Shown here: positions 10,999 through 20,303 of the stretch, one piece after another
How the letters are laid out: the number at the start of each line of letters is the position of its first letter
Position numbering within the stretch: the stretch's first letter is position 1
NCBI GenBank assembly: GCA_014240055.1
Contig: JAAZXP010000002.1
Location: forward strand, 10,040-74,039
Reading direction: 5' to 3'
DNA length: 64,000 nt
Origin: Methanobacteriota archaeon
Lineage (GTDB): Archaea > Thermoplasmatota > Poseidoniia > MGIII > CG-Epi1
The notes under the pieces: model-generated
What the model was told of the DNA's origin: nothing
The model's database searches: none
Seen by the model: the letters and a program-made list of their open reading frames with translations, nothing else
Translations under genes and position numbers: made by a program

Positions 10999-11317
10999 AT
11001 GCGAAGAAAGATTATAAAGAAAAAAAAAGATAATGAAGCTAGTGAAACACTTTCGAAACTAAAAGGTGGAAAAGAGCTTGAAATAGCTGAAGTTATTCTT
11101 AAAGAGTTAGCTCAAAGAAAAAAAAGGAAAACTGAAATTAGGAATAAAACAAATAATTTGGAAAATATTAAAAAAAAAGAAAAAAAAAATAAAATTACCA
11201 CTGAAAGATGAAGAATACGAAAAGAAGAAAAGAATAAAAGAACTTGAAAATCTAAAAAAAATAGGAATTATTAAGGCCAGTGAGTTTGAAAAATTAAAAA
11301 AAGATCTTATGAACTAG
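10999..11317 (+). pseudogene. Lys-rich protein with C-terminal SHOCT-like domain, interrupted by a +1 frameshift at a poly-A tract (assembly error or slippage site)
   Basis: ORF 10999-11211 stops early. The +1 frame after A9-G-A10 (11170-11189) reads KLPLKDEEYEKKKRIKELENLKKIGIIKASEFEKLKKDLMN* to the TAG ending at 11317. Confidence 0.6.
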
Positions 11318-12197
11318 AATTTGATTCAGATAATGCTACAGTATATACTCCATAAAGAACTATTAAACCTCCAAACAAAACTCCAAAACTTGGTATCTCA
11401 TCAAATATTAACCATGCTAAAAGACCAGAGCCAATGGGCTCAACAAGTAAGGTTATAGAAATTACATAAGCTGGTAAAAAGGCAAGTGCCCAATTTTGCA
11501 TAGTGTGGCCCAGTAAAGTTGGAACTAAAGCCATTAATAAAAATAATTGAAATTCAGAATTGGAAACTTGTTGATATTCCAATCCCTGCATGAAAACGAC
11601 AGCCCACATAGCTAATGCACTTGATAGGTAAACAATGAATGCATAAGTAGGTAGACTAATCTTCTTACGATGTTTACGCCCTCCAAGATAATACAAACCT
11701 GCAAGTATACCTGAAATAAATGCCAAAAGATTGCCTTTAAAATTACCAGGATCTTGAACTAGATCACCCCAGAAAAGAATAATAATTCCAGATATAGCAA
11801 ACAACGTCCCAAGTATTCCCTTTTGATTAAGCCTTTCACCAAAAACTAGCCAACCAATAATCGAAACATAAACAATATGGCAAGTCCCTAAAAGAACTGA
11901 GGCTGCAACTGATGTTGCTTTAACAGAAGAAATCCAAAATCCAAAATGTGCACCTAAAAGAAGACCAATTATTATTAGTTCTATAATTTCATTATATTTT
12001 AATGAAAAAATCTCTTTAAATTTGTCTTGAATTAAAAAAGGTAAGAATAATAGTGTCGCAAATGTTTGTCTGTAAGAACCAATAACCAAAGGTTCACTGC
12101 TACTCCACCTTATGAGAATTGCAGAAGTTGAAATCGCAAAAATGCCAATTATCAATGCAAAATATGCTCTTTTCTTATCATTTACTTCAATATTCAT
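11307..12197 (-). CDS. DMT/EamA family transporter
   Basis: About 10 TM segments, two EamA repeats (FGERL.., LVEPIGS..LAWLIFDE). Confidence 0.88.
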   Translation of the reverse strand: MNIEVNDKKRAYFALIIGIFAISTSAILIRWSSSEPLVIGSYRQTFATLLFLPFLIQDKFKEIFSLKYNEIIELIIIGLLLGAHFGFWISSVKATSVAASVLLGTCHIVYVSIIGWLVFGERLNQKGILGTLFAISGIIILFWGDLVQDPGNFKGNLLAFISGILAGLYYLGGRKHRKKISLPTYAFIVYLSSALAMWAVVFMQGLEYQQVSNSEFQLFLLMALVPTLLGHTMQNWALAFLPAYVISITLLVEPIGSGLLAWLIFDEIPSFGVLFGGLIVLYGVYTVALSESNSSS

Positions 12198-12200
12198 AAT

Positions 12201-13499
12201 TTAATAATTCATTAAAGATAGAGGTGTAGATAAATGTCTACGTGATGAAGCTGGAGGTTCATACCATTTTAATTCTAAGCCTGAACTTACTTCAACCATT
12301 TTAGGCCTATCATATTTATTACTACATGATTTACAACGATAGTATGAGTCTTTACCAGAAGAATGCGTTCTTTGTCCACAATCACAAATTGGATTTGCTG
12401 GTTTTGAAAATCTAGGGACTAATGTTAAAATCCTTAACTTTTCTAAATTTATTGTTCTGTTATTAACACTTCCACATATTATTAATGAATCTCCAATTTC
12501 TAATTTATCTACAATTTGCCTGAAGTTTTTAGTTGGTTCAAAGGCAGCACATTTGACAGTATGATTTGATCTATCCTTTACTTCAAAAAACCGATGTCCT
12601 CCTTTTATAATATCGACCTTTGTAGTTACTGAGACTTCTAAATTGACACTATCACCATCGTTAATATCATTGATTTCTTTATGTCTAAGATGATCATCAG
12701 TAGCTTGGTTTGTTTTGTACAATAACCATCTGGAAGGTGTTTCAGGACCCAATTTTTCAAAGTTTTCAATTAAATTGGTATCATTGGTGCCTCTGAACCC
12801 CCACAAAACCGGACATGGAGAGTGGGGGACCATCGCTATTTTACCATCTAAATCAGTACATGAAAATACGGTATCAATATCTGATACTCTTTGCACTGTT
12901 GATAACTCAATATTTCTTTTTTTCCCCCAATTATTTTGATTTCTATACCCTATCAACTCCCATGTATGGGAAATCCCATTAATCTTACTAAAATTACCGG
13001 ACCAAGCTAATGAACAAGCCGCTCCAAAAATACCTCGTGAGCCTCTTAATCCGGTTGATAATGTCCCTTCTGTTGATTCTAAAAGCATTTCTTTAGTAAC
13101 TATGCTACTTACTCCTTGCCAATACAAACCCTCAGGAAGAAAAGAATCTGAAATTACAATACCAGGTTCAGAATCGGGCATAGAATGCTTATTCATTAAA
13201 GTTAGAATTCTAGCCATAATTTGTTCTTTATCATATTTTTTTTCTTTTCCTTTTTCAAAAGTAAAAATTGAATTATTCTCAATACTACCTATCTGCTTTT
13301 TTCGCCCTATACCTTTGCCAAATACTAAAGCCACCGCACCATTTCCTCTTGTTTTCCACGGCACATTTGGATTTAATCGAACAAGACGGGGGTGGCCTAT
13401 CAAATCAAATTCTGGTAATTCTCTAATAATTTCAGTAGCTAACCATGTCGTACACCCTCCTTTTACAGAATCTGTATCATCAATACCTATGTGTAACAT
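12201..13499 (-). CDS. tiaS: tRNA(Ile2) 2-agmatinylcytidine synthetase
   Basis: IGIDDTDS..GGCTT, PRLVRLNPNVPWKTRGNGA, TNQATDDH, OB fold CAAFEPT, Zn ribbon, YEPPASSRRHL. Confidence 0.95.
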   Translation of the reverse strand: MLHIGIDDTDSVKGGCTTWLATEIIRELPEFDLIGHPRLVRLNPNVPWKTRGNGAVALVFGKGIGRKKQIGSIENNSIFTFEKGKEKKYDKEQIMARILTLMNKHSMPDSEPGIVISDSFLPEGLYWQGVSSIVTKEMLLESTEGTLSTGLRGSRGIFGAACSLAWSGNFSKINGISHTWELIGYRNQNNWGKKRNIELSTVQRVSDIDTVFSCTDLDGKIAMVPHSPCPVLWGFRGTNDTNLIENFEKLGPETPSRWLLYKTNQATDDHLRHKEINDINDGDSVNLEVSVTTKVDIIKGGHRFFEVKDRSNHTVKCAAFEPTKNFRQIVDKLEIGDSLIICGSVNNRTINLEKLRILTLVPRFSKPANPICDCGQRTHSSGKDSYYRCKSCSNKYDRPKMVEVSSGLELKWYEPPASSRRHLSTPLSLMNY

Positions 13500-13504
13500 T
13501 TAGA

Positions 13505-14086
13505 TTATTCGAAAATGAATACTCCCTTAGCCCATTGTGGTTGAATTCGAGACTCGGTAAGATATGCTAGATTAATATTAAAATTAGCAGCCGTTCCTGC
13601 AGGAATGTAGGGTAATTCTCCAACTAAACTATAAATCAAAATATCAGTTTGTCCACGCTGATGAAGTAAATGGAGTAATTTTACAAGGTCGATTGAAAAA
13701 TCAGTACTTGATGATTTAACGGCATTAGACCAATCAATACCTATGGTAATATCTTCTGCATAAACTAAAGCTGCATCTAATTCATTAAAACCTTGTAAAT
13801 TTCTTAGAGGAAGAACCACCTGCCCTCTATCTAACATAAGTAAATCAATAATATCTTCACCCCATGTTAATCCAAAGTCCACATATATTTTATTCTCTGG
13901 ATTCAATTTTAAAGATGAAGGGTTGGGGCGATTTCTAAGTATTCCACCCATATCCCAAATTAGTATTGGTTCATCAGTCTCTGGAACTGAAATCTCTTGA
14001 CTAGAAGACATGAAATTAATAGTATCCAAGTCCCAAATTGGCTTAACCCTCTTACCTTGATTATAAGCCATTGCAGTCCAAACCAT
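13505..14086 (-). CDS. Degenerate HisA/HisF-like TIM-barrel protein
   Basis: Pattern LIWDMGGILRNRPN, IYVDFG, EDIIDLL, VVL, ITIGID resembles the HisA barrel; the N-terminal catalytic Asp position appears replaced (TAMAY versus PAIDL). Confidence 0.5.
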   Translation of the reverse strand: MVWTAMAYNQGKRVKPIWDLDTINFMSSSQEISVPETDEPILIWDMGGILRNRPNPSSLKLNPENKIYVDFGLTWGEDIIDLLMLDRGQVVLPLRNLQGFNELDAALVYAEDITIGIDWSNAVKSSSTDFSIDLVKLLHLLHQRGQTDILIYSLVGELPYIPAGTAANFNINLAYLTESRIQPQWAKGVFIFE

Positions 14087-14120
14087 TTTTAGGCAGGAAC
14101 ATGTATCGATTTACCTCTTT

Positions 14121-14534
14121 CTAAAGATCTAATATTAATTTAATTTTAGAAGGTGGACCTTCTGAGACATTTAGCATGTGATAAGAAATAGCCTTTATTT
14201 CAACACCATACCCATGCTTCTTTTCGTTATATTTTTCCCCATGTATTTTTCCTTTTAATTTCTTATTCTTATCCATTATAATCTGAAGATTTGTAGAGCC
14301 AACTATAAAATTCTCCGTATCAAAAAGAAAAATTAGATGAGATATATAACGAATTAATAAATTATCTAAATCAATACCTTCCAAATCTATACTATGGAAA
14401 GACTTCAAGTTGGGTAAATTACCGCCAGTAATTATCTCAGTAAAGGCCAAACTAACTTCGTCAAAAGCTTCAGATAAATTTTCACCTTTAACCTCAATCC
14501 CAGCATCGGCAGTATGTTCAAAGATTTTTCTCAA
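14121..14534 (-). CDS. Archease
   Basis: EHTADAGI and EIKAISYH motifs; start moved to TTG 14534 because the longer ORF runs into the tRNA. Confidence 0.9.
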   Translation of the reverse strand: MRKIFEHTADAGIEVKGENLSEAFDEVSLAFTEIITGGNLPNLKSFHSIDLEGIDLDNLLIRYISHLIFLFDTENFIVGSTNLQIIMDKNKKLKGKIHGEKYNEKKHGYGVEIKAISYHMLNVSEGPPSKIKLILDL

Positions 14535-14564
14535 TATAGGGTTAAAACGCTTTCTTAATAAAAA

Positions 14565-14642
14565 TGGTAGCGGGGGATGGATTTGAACCATCGATCTCCG
14601 GGTTATGAGCCCGACGGGATTTCCTAGCTACCCCACCCCGCT
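14565..14642 (-). tRNA. Initiator tRNA-Met(CAT), CCA encoded
   Basis: Reverse complement AGCGGGGTGGGGTAGCTAGGAAATCCCGTCGGGCTCATAACCCGGAGATCGATGGTTCAAATCCATCCCCCGCTACCA; A1-U72 pair, GGG/CCC anticodon stem, CAT anticodon, no intron. Confidence 0.96.
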
Positions 14643-14749
14643 ATGCTAAACTAGGACAAATCTGGCTCTGGAGTATCCCACTCTAGATGGCCTTGATATA
14701 AAAACTTGTCAGAGGTAACTAATAAATATATTACTATGATAAACTTAGT

Positions 14750-15268
14750 GTGGATAATGGAACGGCCTTAGAAGAAATTAAAAAACAAATAGAAAGTTTA
14801 GAGAGTAATCAGATTATTCTAATAGTAGTGGTTGCTGTAATATTACTCTATCTTGTTCTAACAAAAACACAAAGAGGTAGAGACGTGAGAAAAAAATTTA
14901 GAATTCTACCTAAGCTAATTCCATTAGAAGATGAATATGAAGCGGAAATTGAAGAACCAGAAAATCTTGATGGTAGTAACAGGCAACTCAAAGGAGAAAT
15001 TATTGAAAATGAACATGATATTCTGAATAGACTATTGGGAAATAACGAACCAGAAAAATTAGATGGATTTAATGAAGAAGATGCCGTAATTTTTAAAGAA
15101 CAAGAAGAAACAATACCACTTCCTAATCAAAATTTTGAAGATATGAAAGATCATAATAACTCTGCAAGTGAAAACCAAGAATACTGTGCCTCATGCAATA
15201 AACCGGTGAAAACTGAATGGAAAGCCTGCCCTTTTTGTGGTGAATTTCTCGAGATTTATGAAGACTAA
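14750..15268 (+). CDS. Single-pass membrane protein with C-terminal Zn ribbon
   Basis: N-terminal TM, acidic linker, CASC...WKACPFCG. Confidence 0.7.
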   Translation: MDNGTALEEIKKQIESLESNQIILIVVVAVILLYLVLTKTQRGRDVRKKFRILPKLIPLEDEYEAEIEEPENLDGSNRQLKGEIIENEHDILNRLLGNNEPEKLDGFNEEDAVIFKEQEETIPLPNQNFEDMKDHNNSASENQEYCASCNKPVKTEWKACPFCGEFLEIYED

Positions 15269-17451
15269 TTATTATTTCTTCTGCGTTGCAGAATAGTAAC
15301 TAATGTTAATAACAATAATGTGGGCATGTACCCTAACGCTGGTAAGGATGAGTCATTATTATCTCCGCCATTCCCACTTGTGGTTTGCTCACTTACTGTT
15401 AAACGAATATCAAGAGAATTATCAGATAATGAATAAATTGATTCAGAAACTGCTTGCTCAAAGTCTACTTTAATTTTTAAAAGTGTAAAACCCGAAGATG
15501 GGTTTGACCAAGTTAATATTACTGGTTCATTACCAAAGCCACTGATGCCTTGTTCCAACTTATATTCATCTACCACTTTTTGACCTGCATACAACTTAAT
15601 ACCAAAAGGTACTGTACTTTTACCACCATTATTGTAAACTGTTAATCTTATTTGTACCGGTTCTGTAGAACTTAAATCGTCTTCTGTTAGAAGAGAGAAT
15701 GGCTTACCATTGATAGAAACGTCTTCAATATTAACTGCTAAATCTGAAATTCTATCAAGTGGAATATCTATTATTATTTCTGAAGACAGAGTTGCAGAGC
15801 CATCGCCCGGGGAAATTGAATCTGCTGTTAAAAGAAGACCTATCGGATCACCTAAACTATTTTCGTAATTTAACGGCCTTAATACCAAATCTATTTTTTG
15901 TGTTTGAGACTTGTCTATAGTTACTGCCGAAATCTCAGTCCCATCAATCTCTATGCGTATAGACCAATCACTACGAGCAGTTGTAGCATCTAACCGATAT
16001 GTGTCCTTATCGCTACCAGTATTTCTCAAATTAATACTGAAATAATAATAACCATCAATATCCAAAGCTTCTGGATCTACATTTATTTTATCAGGAGGTG
16101 AAAGAAATACTACGCCGTATGTTCTAACTGTAGCATCTAACTTAATGCTCTCAGAAACTGCAGAATTACTTGTTGAAGTCACAATTATGTTTACTGACTC
16201 TTTACTTCCTCCAGGTGCTGAAACTGGAGCTTCAATCTTAACTTGAACGTAATTGTACAAGTCCATTCCAATATCAAGGCTTGATTGTGAAGTTAATGTT
16301 GCTTCCCAATTTGAGGGTAACGAATTATCATCTAATTCTATAGTAAATATGTCTCGTGTATTGCCTCTATTGTATACTAAGAATTCAAAGTCGACCTTAC
16401 CTCCCTTTGGTAACTGTCCAGAAGGACTATAATTCTCACTGAACTCTATTTCTAATCCATATTCATCAACAATCAGCTCATAGTCTATAGTGGCACTCCA
16501 CATATTTCCATAAGCGTCCTCAATTGAAAACTCAATTTCATAAGTTCCAGTTACTATGTCTTGATCTTCTTGATAATACCAAGTTCCTTGGATATATTTA
16601 GCATAAGTATGCTTATCTTTAACTAAAATTGAATTTTGAAATTTCCCTCCGTTGGAAACTCCCTTAATTTCAATGTTAGCACTCTCTGAATCTAAATTAT
16701 CGGCACCTAAAGCATTTGAGACGTTTACCTTGATAAACAAACTGTCTGCACTCATTTCTTCGACACGGTCATTACTAAAATAACCTAAGTAATCATTCGC
16801 AATTTCCACATGTCTAACATTCATCATAAATGAAGAATCACATGCTACAGTCCCTGAATCATTGCCACAACCTCTACTTGAACCTGCCTTGACCCAAGCT
16901 GTTCGATTGTCTGTATCTGGAGCCCATGTAACGCTTGTTTCAAGCTTAAACCCAATCGTCGTGTAAGCTGGAACTCCATCAGGGAAATCACTAGTGTCTA
17001 TTGAAGAACTTTCTAATTCTAAAGTATAATTTCTACTTAAAAAGGCACCAAATCCAGAGGTTTTTGTGACTTCATCAACCGAAATATTTGACATGCCCTC
17101 AGATGTTGAAATAAATAATGTAGTGCGAAACCTAATTTCTTGAACATTTGTTGATTCAACCCATATAATATAACTCATGGAATCGCCCAAGTTAATAGGC
17201 CCTCCAAGATTCATTTCCCATGAAACTAATGGATAAAATGAATTTTCTTGGCCTGGCTCATCATAAGCTTTCCAATACTTTGGTTTTTCAGATGTAGGCT
17301 CTTCTGTAGTTAGCTCATAGGTATCTCCAAAACCGGCCTTATCAAAATAAATCTCAATGTCAGCATATTCATTACTCTCAGCTTGTGAAGGTCCTGCCAT
17401 AATCAAAAAAGCAAGAACACAAAGCGATAGGGTTTGCCAGAAATGTTGCAT
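15265..17451 (-). CDS. Secreted/surface protein with Ig-like (NEW3/CARDB-type) domains and PGF-CTERM-like sorting signal
   Basis: Signal peptide; repeated V.N.G..RD.F/Y motifs; CARDB-like DLAV...VYNNGG...DN; C-terminal SLPALG + hydrophobic helix + RRR. Confidence 0.75.
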   Translation of the reverse strand: MQHFWQTLSLCVLAFLIMAGPSQAESNEYADIEIYFDKAGFGDTYELTTEEPTSEKPKYWKAYDEPGQENSFYPLVSWEMNLGGPINLGDSMSYIIWVESTNVQEIRFRTTLFISTSEGMSNISVDEVTKTSGFGAFLSRNYTLELESSSIDTSDFPDGVPAYTTIGFKLETSVTWAPDTDNRTAWVKAGSSRGCGNDSGTVACDSSFMMNVRHVEIANDYLGYFSNDRVEEMSADSLFIKVNVSNALGADNLDSESANIEIKGVSNGGKFQNSILVKDKHTYAKYIQGTWYYQEDQDIVTGTYEIEFSIEDAYGNMWSATIDYELIVDEYGLEIEFSENYSPSGQLPKGGKVDFEFLVYNRGNTRDIFTIELDDNSLPSNWEATLTSQSSLDIGMDLYNYVQVKIEAPVSAPGGSKESVNIIVTSTSNSAVSESIKLDATVRTYGVVFLSPPDKINVDPEALDIDGYYYFSINLRNTGSDKDTYRLDATTARSDWSIRIEIDGTEISAVTIDKSQTQKIDLVLRPLNYENSLGDPIGLLLTADSISPGDGSATLSSEIIIDIPLDRISDLAVNIEDVSINGKPFSLLTEDDLSSTEPVQIRLTVYNNGGKSTVPFGIKLYAGQKVVDEYKLEQGISGFGNEPVILTWSNPSSGFTLLKIKVDFEQAVSESIYSLSDNSLDIRLTVSEQTTSGNGGDNNDSSLPALGYMPTLLLLTLVTILQRRRNNN

Positions 17452-17505
17452 TATTGTATAACCTTATTACACACGCTATTAAAGTTTCGTTAAAAAATGT
17501 ATGGA

Positions 17506-18723
17506 TTATCTAAAAAGATTATGTCCAGTACTTATATTGGTAACCTGACAATCTTCAGCAATAAGTTCTCCTCTTCTATAAACTTGTGAGGGAAATATGG
17601 CTGGCCAATCTTCAAATGGCGTCCAATTTGCATTGGAATGTAACTTGTCTAAATCTATTGGTTGGCTATTTTTCATATCAACTATCATAAAATCTGCAGT
17701 TAAACCTTGCGAAATACGACCTCTCTCTAAACTTAGACGTGATGCTGGAGCTTCAGACATTGCATTGATTAAACGAGACATTTCAAGACGTCCTTCTGAA
17801 ACCTCATTCAGCATTAGCGGTATCATAGTTTCGACGCCAGGTAGTCCCGAAGGTGGCGTATCTGACCGTTTTTCACTTATAGTGTGTGGTGCATGATCAC
17901 TAGCAAGAATCGGAATTTGTCCTTCTCGAAATGCATTATACAGTGTACTATTGTCATTACGTGTTCTTAATGGAGGGTCCACTTTACAATCCATTGATTG
18001 ACAATTCTCCAAATTCAGAAGTAAATGGTGTGGGCAAACTTCTGAACTAGCTAAGCTAGGCATATTATTCAATCCATCTTCAGTAGACAAATGTGCGACA
18101 TGCAAGTATGATGAAGAGGGCATTGAAGATAAACATTCAGATTCGGCATTATGACGGTTTTTGGTGTGATCTGCTAATTCTTTGAGAGGTTCATCATACA
18201 TGTGATCGGGATGCTCTCCATGTATCACTAAAGGTTTGTTAGTTTTTTCCAAAATTTCTCTAGCATTAGAAAAATACTGTTCAGATGTAATACCATAAGG
18301 ATATAATTTCCAGAATGCAGAAGGTATAGTATCAAACCACTCTTTATCGGCTAATCCTTCTTCTACATTAACTCCAAGACCAAAATCAACTACTGATTTA
18401 GAGGAAGCTATAGCTTCTTTTTCGTTAAAAGTAGTGACGTCTGAAGTAAAAGGATTCGTATTAGGCATATCTACAACTGCAGTAACACCACCACATGCAG
18501 CAGACTCAGAACCACTTTTCCAATCTTCCTTGTGCGGATAACCGGGATCTCTAAAATGTACATGCATATCTAATGCACTTGGTAACATAATTCCCTTAAA
18601 TTTGATTATTTTATCTCCTTTGAGACTAGATTTTACTATCTTTATTTTACCATTTTCAATACCAACACAGGTATCTGTCAATCCCTTGTTTGGAATCCAA
18701 ACTTTACCTTCAAAGACGTCCAT
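17506..18723 (-). CDS. pyrC: Dihydroorotase
   Basis: DMHVHFRDPG, GGVTAVVDMPNT, EVCPHHL, KVDPPLR, ASDHAPH. Confidence 0.9.
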   Translation of the reverse strand: MDVFEGKVWIPNKGLTDTCVGIENGKIKIVKSSLKGDKIIKFKGIMLPSALDMHVHFRDPGYPHKEDWKSGSESAACGGVTAVVDMPNTNPFTSDVTTFNEKEAIASSKSVVDFGLGVNVEEGLADKEWFDTIPSAFWKLYPYGITSEQYFSNAREILEKTNKPLVIHGEHPDHMYDEPLKELADHTKNRHNAESECLSSMPSSSYLHVAHLSTEDGLNNMPSLASSEVCPHHLLLNLENCQSMDCKVDPPLRTRNDNSTLYNAFREGQIPILASDHAPHTISEKRSDTPPSGLPGVETMIPLMLNEVSEGRLEMSRLINAMSEAPASRLSLERGRISQGLTADFMIVDMKNSQPIDLDKLHSNANWTPFEDWPAIFPSQVYRRGELIAEDCQVTNISTGHNLFR

Positions 18724-20303
18724 TATGTTTTTTCCTCTACAACTAAATCAAAGGTTCTCGTATAAACCTGTTCGGTTCTACTTATTGCTCTCAAATCAAA
18801 ACTAAATACACCTTCAGCAGGATCTTCGATTGGAGTTATTGACAAAGTCAAATTTGCATAAGAATTCGAGGTTAGATTCAAAGTCAAATTTTGACCTTCT
18901 GAATCCCACCAAACATAATTACCAAACTCGGGAGAAGAAGAATTTAACAAACTATCCCTCTCATTGACGAATATGTAATCTACTTCAAAAATAATAGTAT
19001 AATTAATTATCTGATCAATATTTATGGTAAGATTATCCCAACCTTCTGATTCTCCTATATTTTTTATTGTAAAATTAGTCATATTGGATTCTCCATAAAC
19101 TGGATTGAATTCATTTATATCTGATTCAATGCTTAAATCAAATTCAGATTCAACAGTGTAAATTGGCGATGGTGTGAAAGTTACAACCAAAATTAAAGCA
19201 GTCAGAATTCCAATAGCCCATCTCGATTTACCAAGAACTGAAAGTTCTTCTGATGGAGGTGGATGTGAGGTTCCTAAAAAATAAATCAAAACAGCATAGA
19301 CTGCCCAACCTGAATATTTAGGACCAAAACCAGGAATATCATAGAAAGCCATGAGTATCAAGAGTAATATGACACCAAAAGAAATACCATTTGCTTTAGG
19401 GCCTAACAAAGCTCTTGCAATATGACCACCATCTAATTGACCTGCTGGCATTAAATTAAGAGCAGTAACAAAGAACCCAGTCCAACCTGCTAAAACCACA
19501 GGATGTGAAAGATAATCTCCACTAGGTGTATAAAATGTACTTGTTAAAGAATATAATAGGTCAAAGAATATTGAAGTACCTAGATAGAGAGAGTCTCCAG
19601 AATCAACTGGAGCCAAAACAGCATTTTGCTCAGTTAACCAAAAACCAAAAATTGTAACTGGAATTGCAACCAATAAGCCAGCAATTGGGCCGCTAGCTCC
19701 AACATCTAACAAGGCTTTTCGATTTGGTATAGGTTCCCGAATTGAAATAAAAGCCCCCATTGTCCCAAATGGAAAAATCATGGGTGGCATCGGTAGAAAA
19801 AAAGGTAAGGATGCTTCAAGATTATGCTTTTTGGCATAGTAATAATGACCCATTTCATGAGCTCCCAAAATAGCCATTAAAGGCAATGAAAATGTCATAA
19901 AACCCATGAAAAATACGTCAGGAGTTATCAAAAGACGAAGCCAAAACCACTCCATACCCAATAATTCTGAACCTGAATAGGAGGCCCACCACATAGAACC
20001 GGCCCAAGTAGTTGTAAAAATTGTGGCCAATAGTAAATATAAATTCATTTTATTTTTAACATAATCGAAAGAAGGTTGTGGAATTACTACAAGAATTAAT
20101 TCATCACCAGCTCTTCTTAACATTGGAAAGGCTCTATCAGCTCCCAAGCTATTGACTTTCTTAAAAGCCAATCTTATTTCTTCAAATTTAAGTTCTAAAT
20201 CGTCTGGTTCTTTGACATAAAATAAATGAGCATTCCCGTCCCAAACATAATTTTCAATGTTCCAACCGAATCTTTCTAGGAATTTAGTTATTGTTTTAGA
20301 CAT
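18723..20303 (-). CDS. Site-2 (M50) intramembrane metalloprotease with C-terminal extracellular domain
   Basis: HEMGH, GASGPIAG, LNLMPAGQLDGGH. Confidence 0.9.
   Translation of the reverse strand: MSKTITKFLERFGWNIENYVWDGNAHLFYVKEPDDLELKFEEIRLAFKKVNSLGADRAFPMLRRAGDELILVVIPQPSFDYVKNKMNLYLLLATIFTTTWAGSMWWASYSGSELLGMEWFWLRLLITPDVFFMGFMTFSLPLMAILGAHEMGHYYYAKKHNLEASLPFFLPMPPMIFPFGTMGAFISIREPIPNRKALLDVGASGPIAGLLVAIPVTIFGFWLTEQNAVLAPVDSGDSLYLGTSIFFDLLYSLTSTFYTPSGDYLSHPVVLAGWTGFFVTALNLMPAGQLDGGHIARALLGPKANGISFGVILLLILMAFYDIPGFGPKYSGWAVYAVLIYFLGTSHPPPSEELSVLGKSRWAIGILTALILVVTFTPSPIYTVESEFDLSIESDINEFNPVYGESNMTNFTIKNIGESEGWDNLTINIDQIINYTIIFEVDYIFVNERDSLLNSSSPEFGNYVWWDSEGQNLTLNLTSNSYANLTLSITPIEDPAEGVFSFDLRAISRTEQVYTRTFDLVVEEKT

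Noticed and set aside
14535..14591. N-terminal extension of the archease ORF
   Set aside because: It overlaps the tRNA-Met gene; archease homology starts at TTG 14534.
14667..14687. Imperfect hairpin TCTGGAGT-ATCCC-ACTCTAGA upstream of the tRNA
   Set aside because: Short, mismatched on the transcribed strand, and without supporting context.
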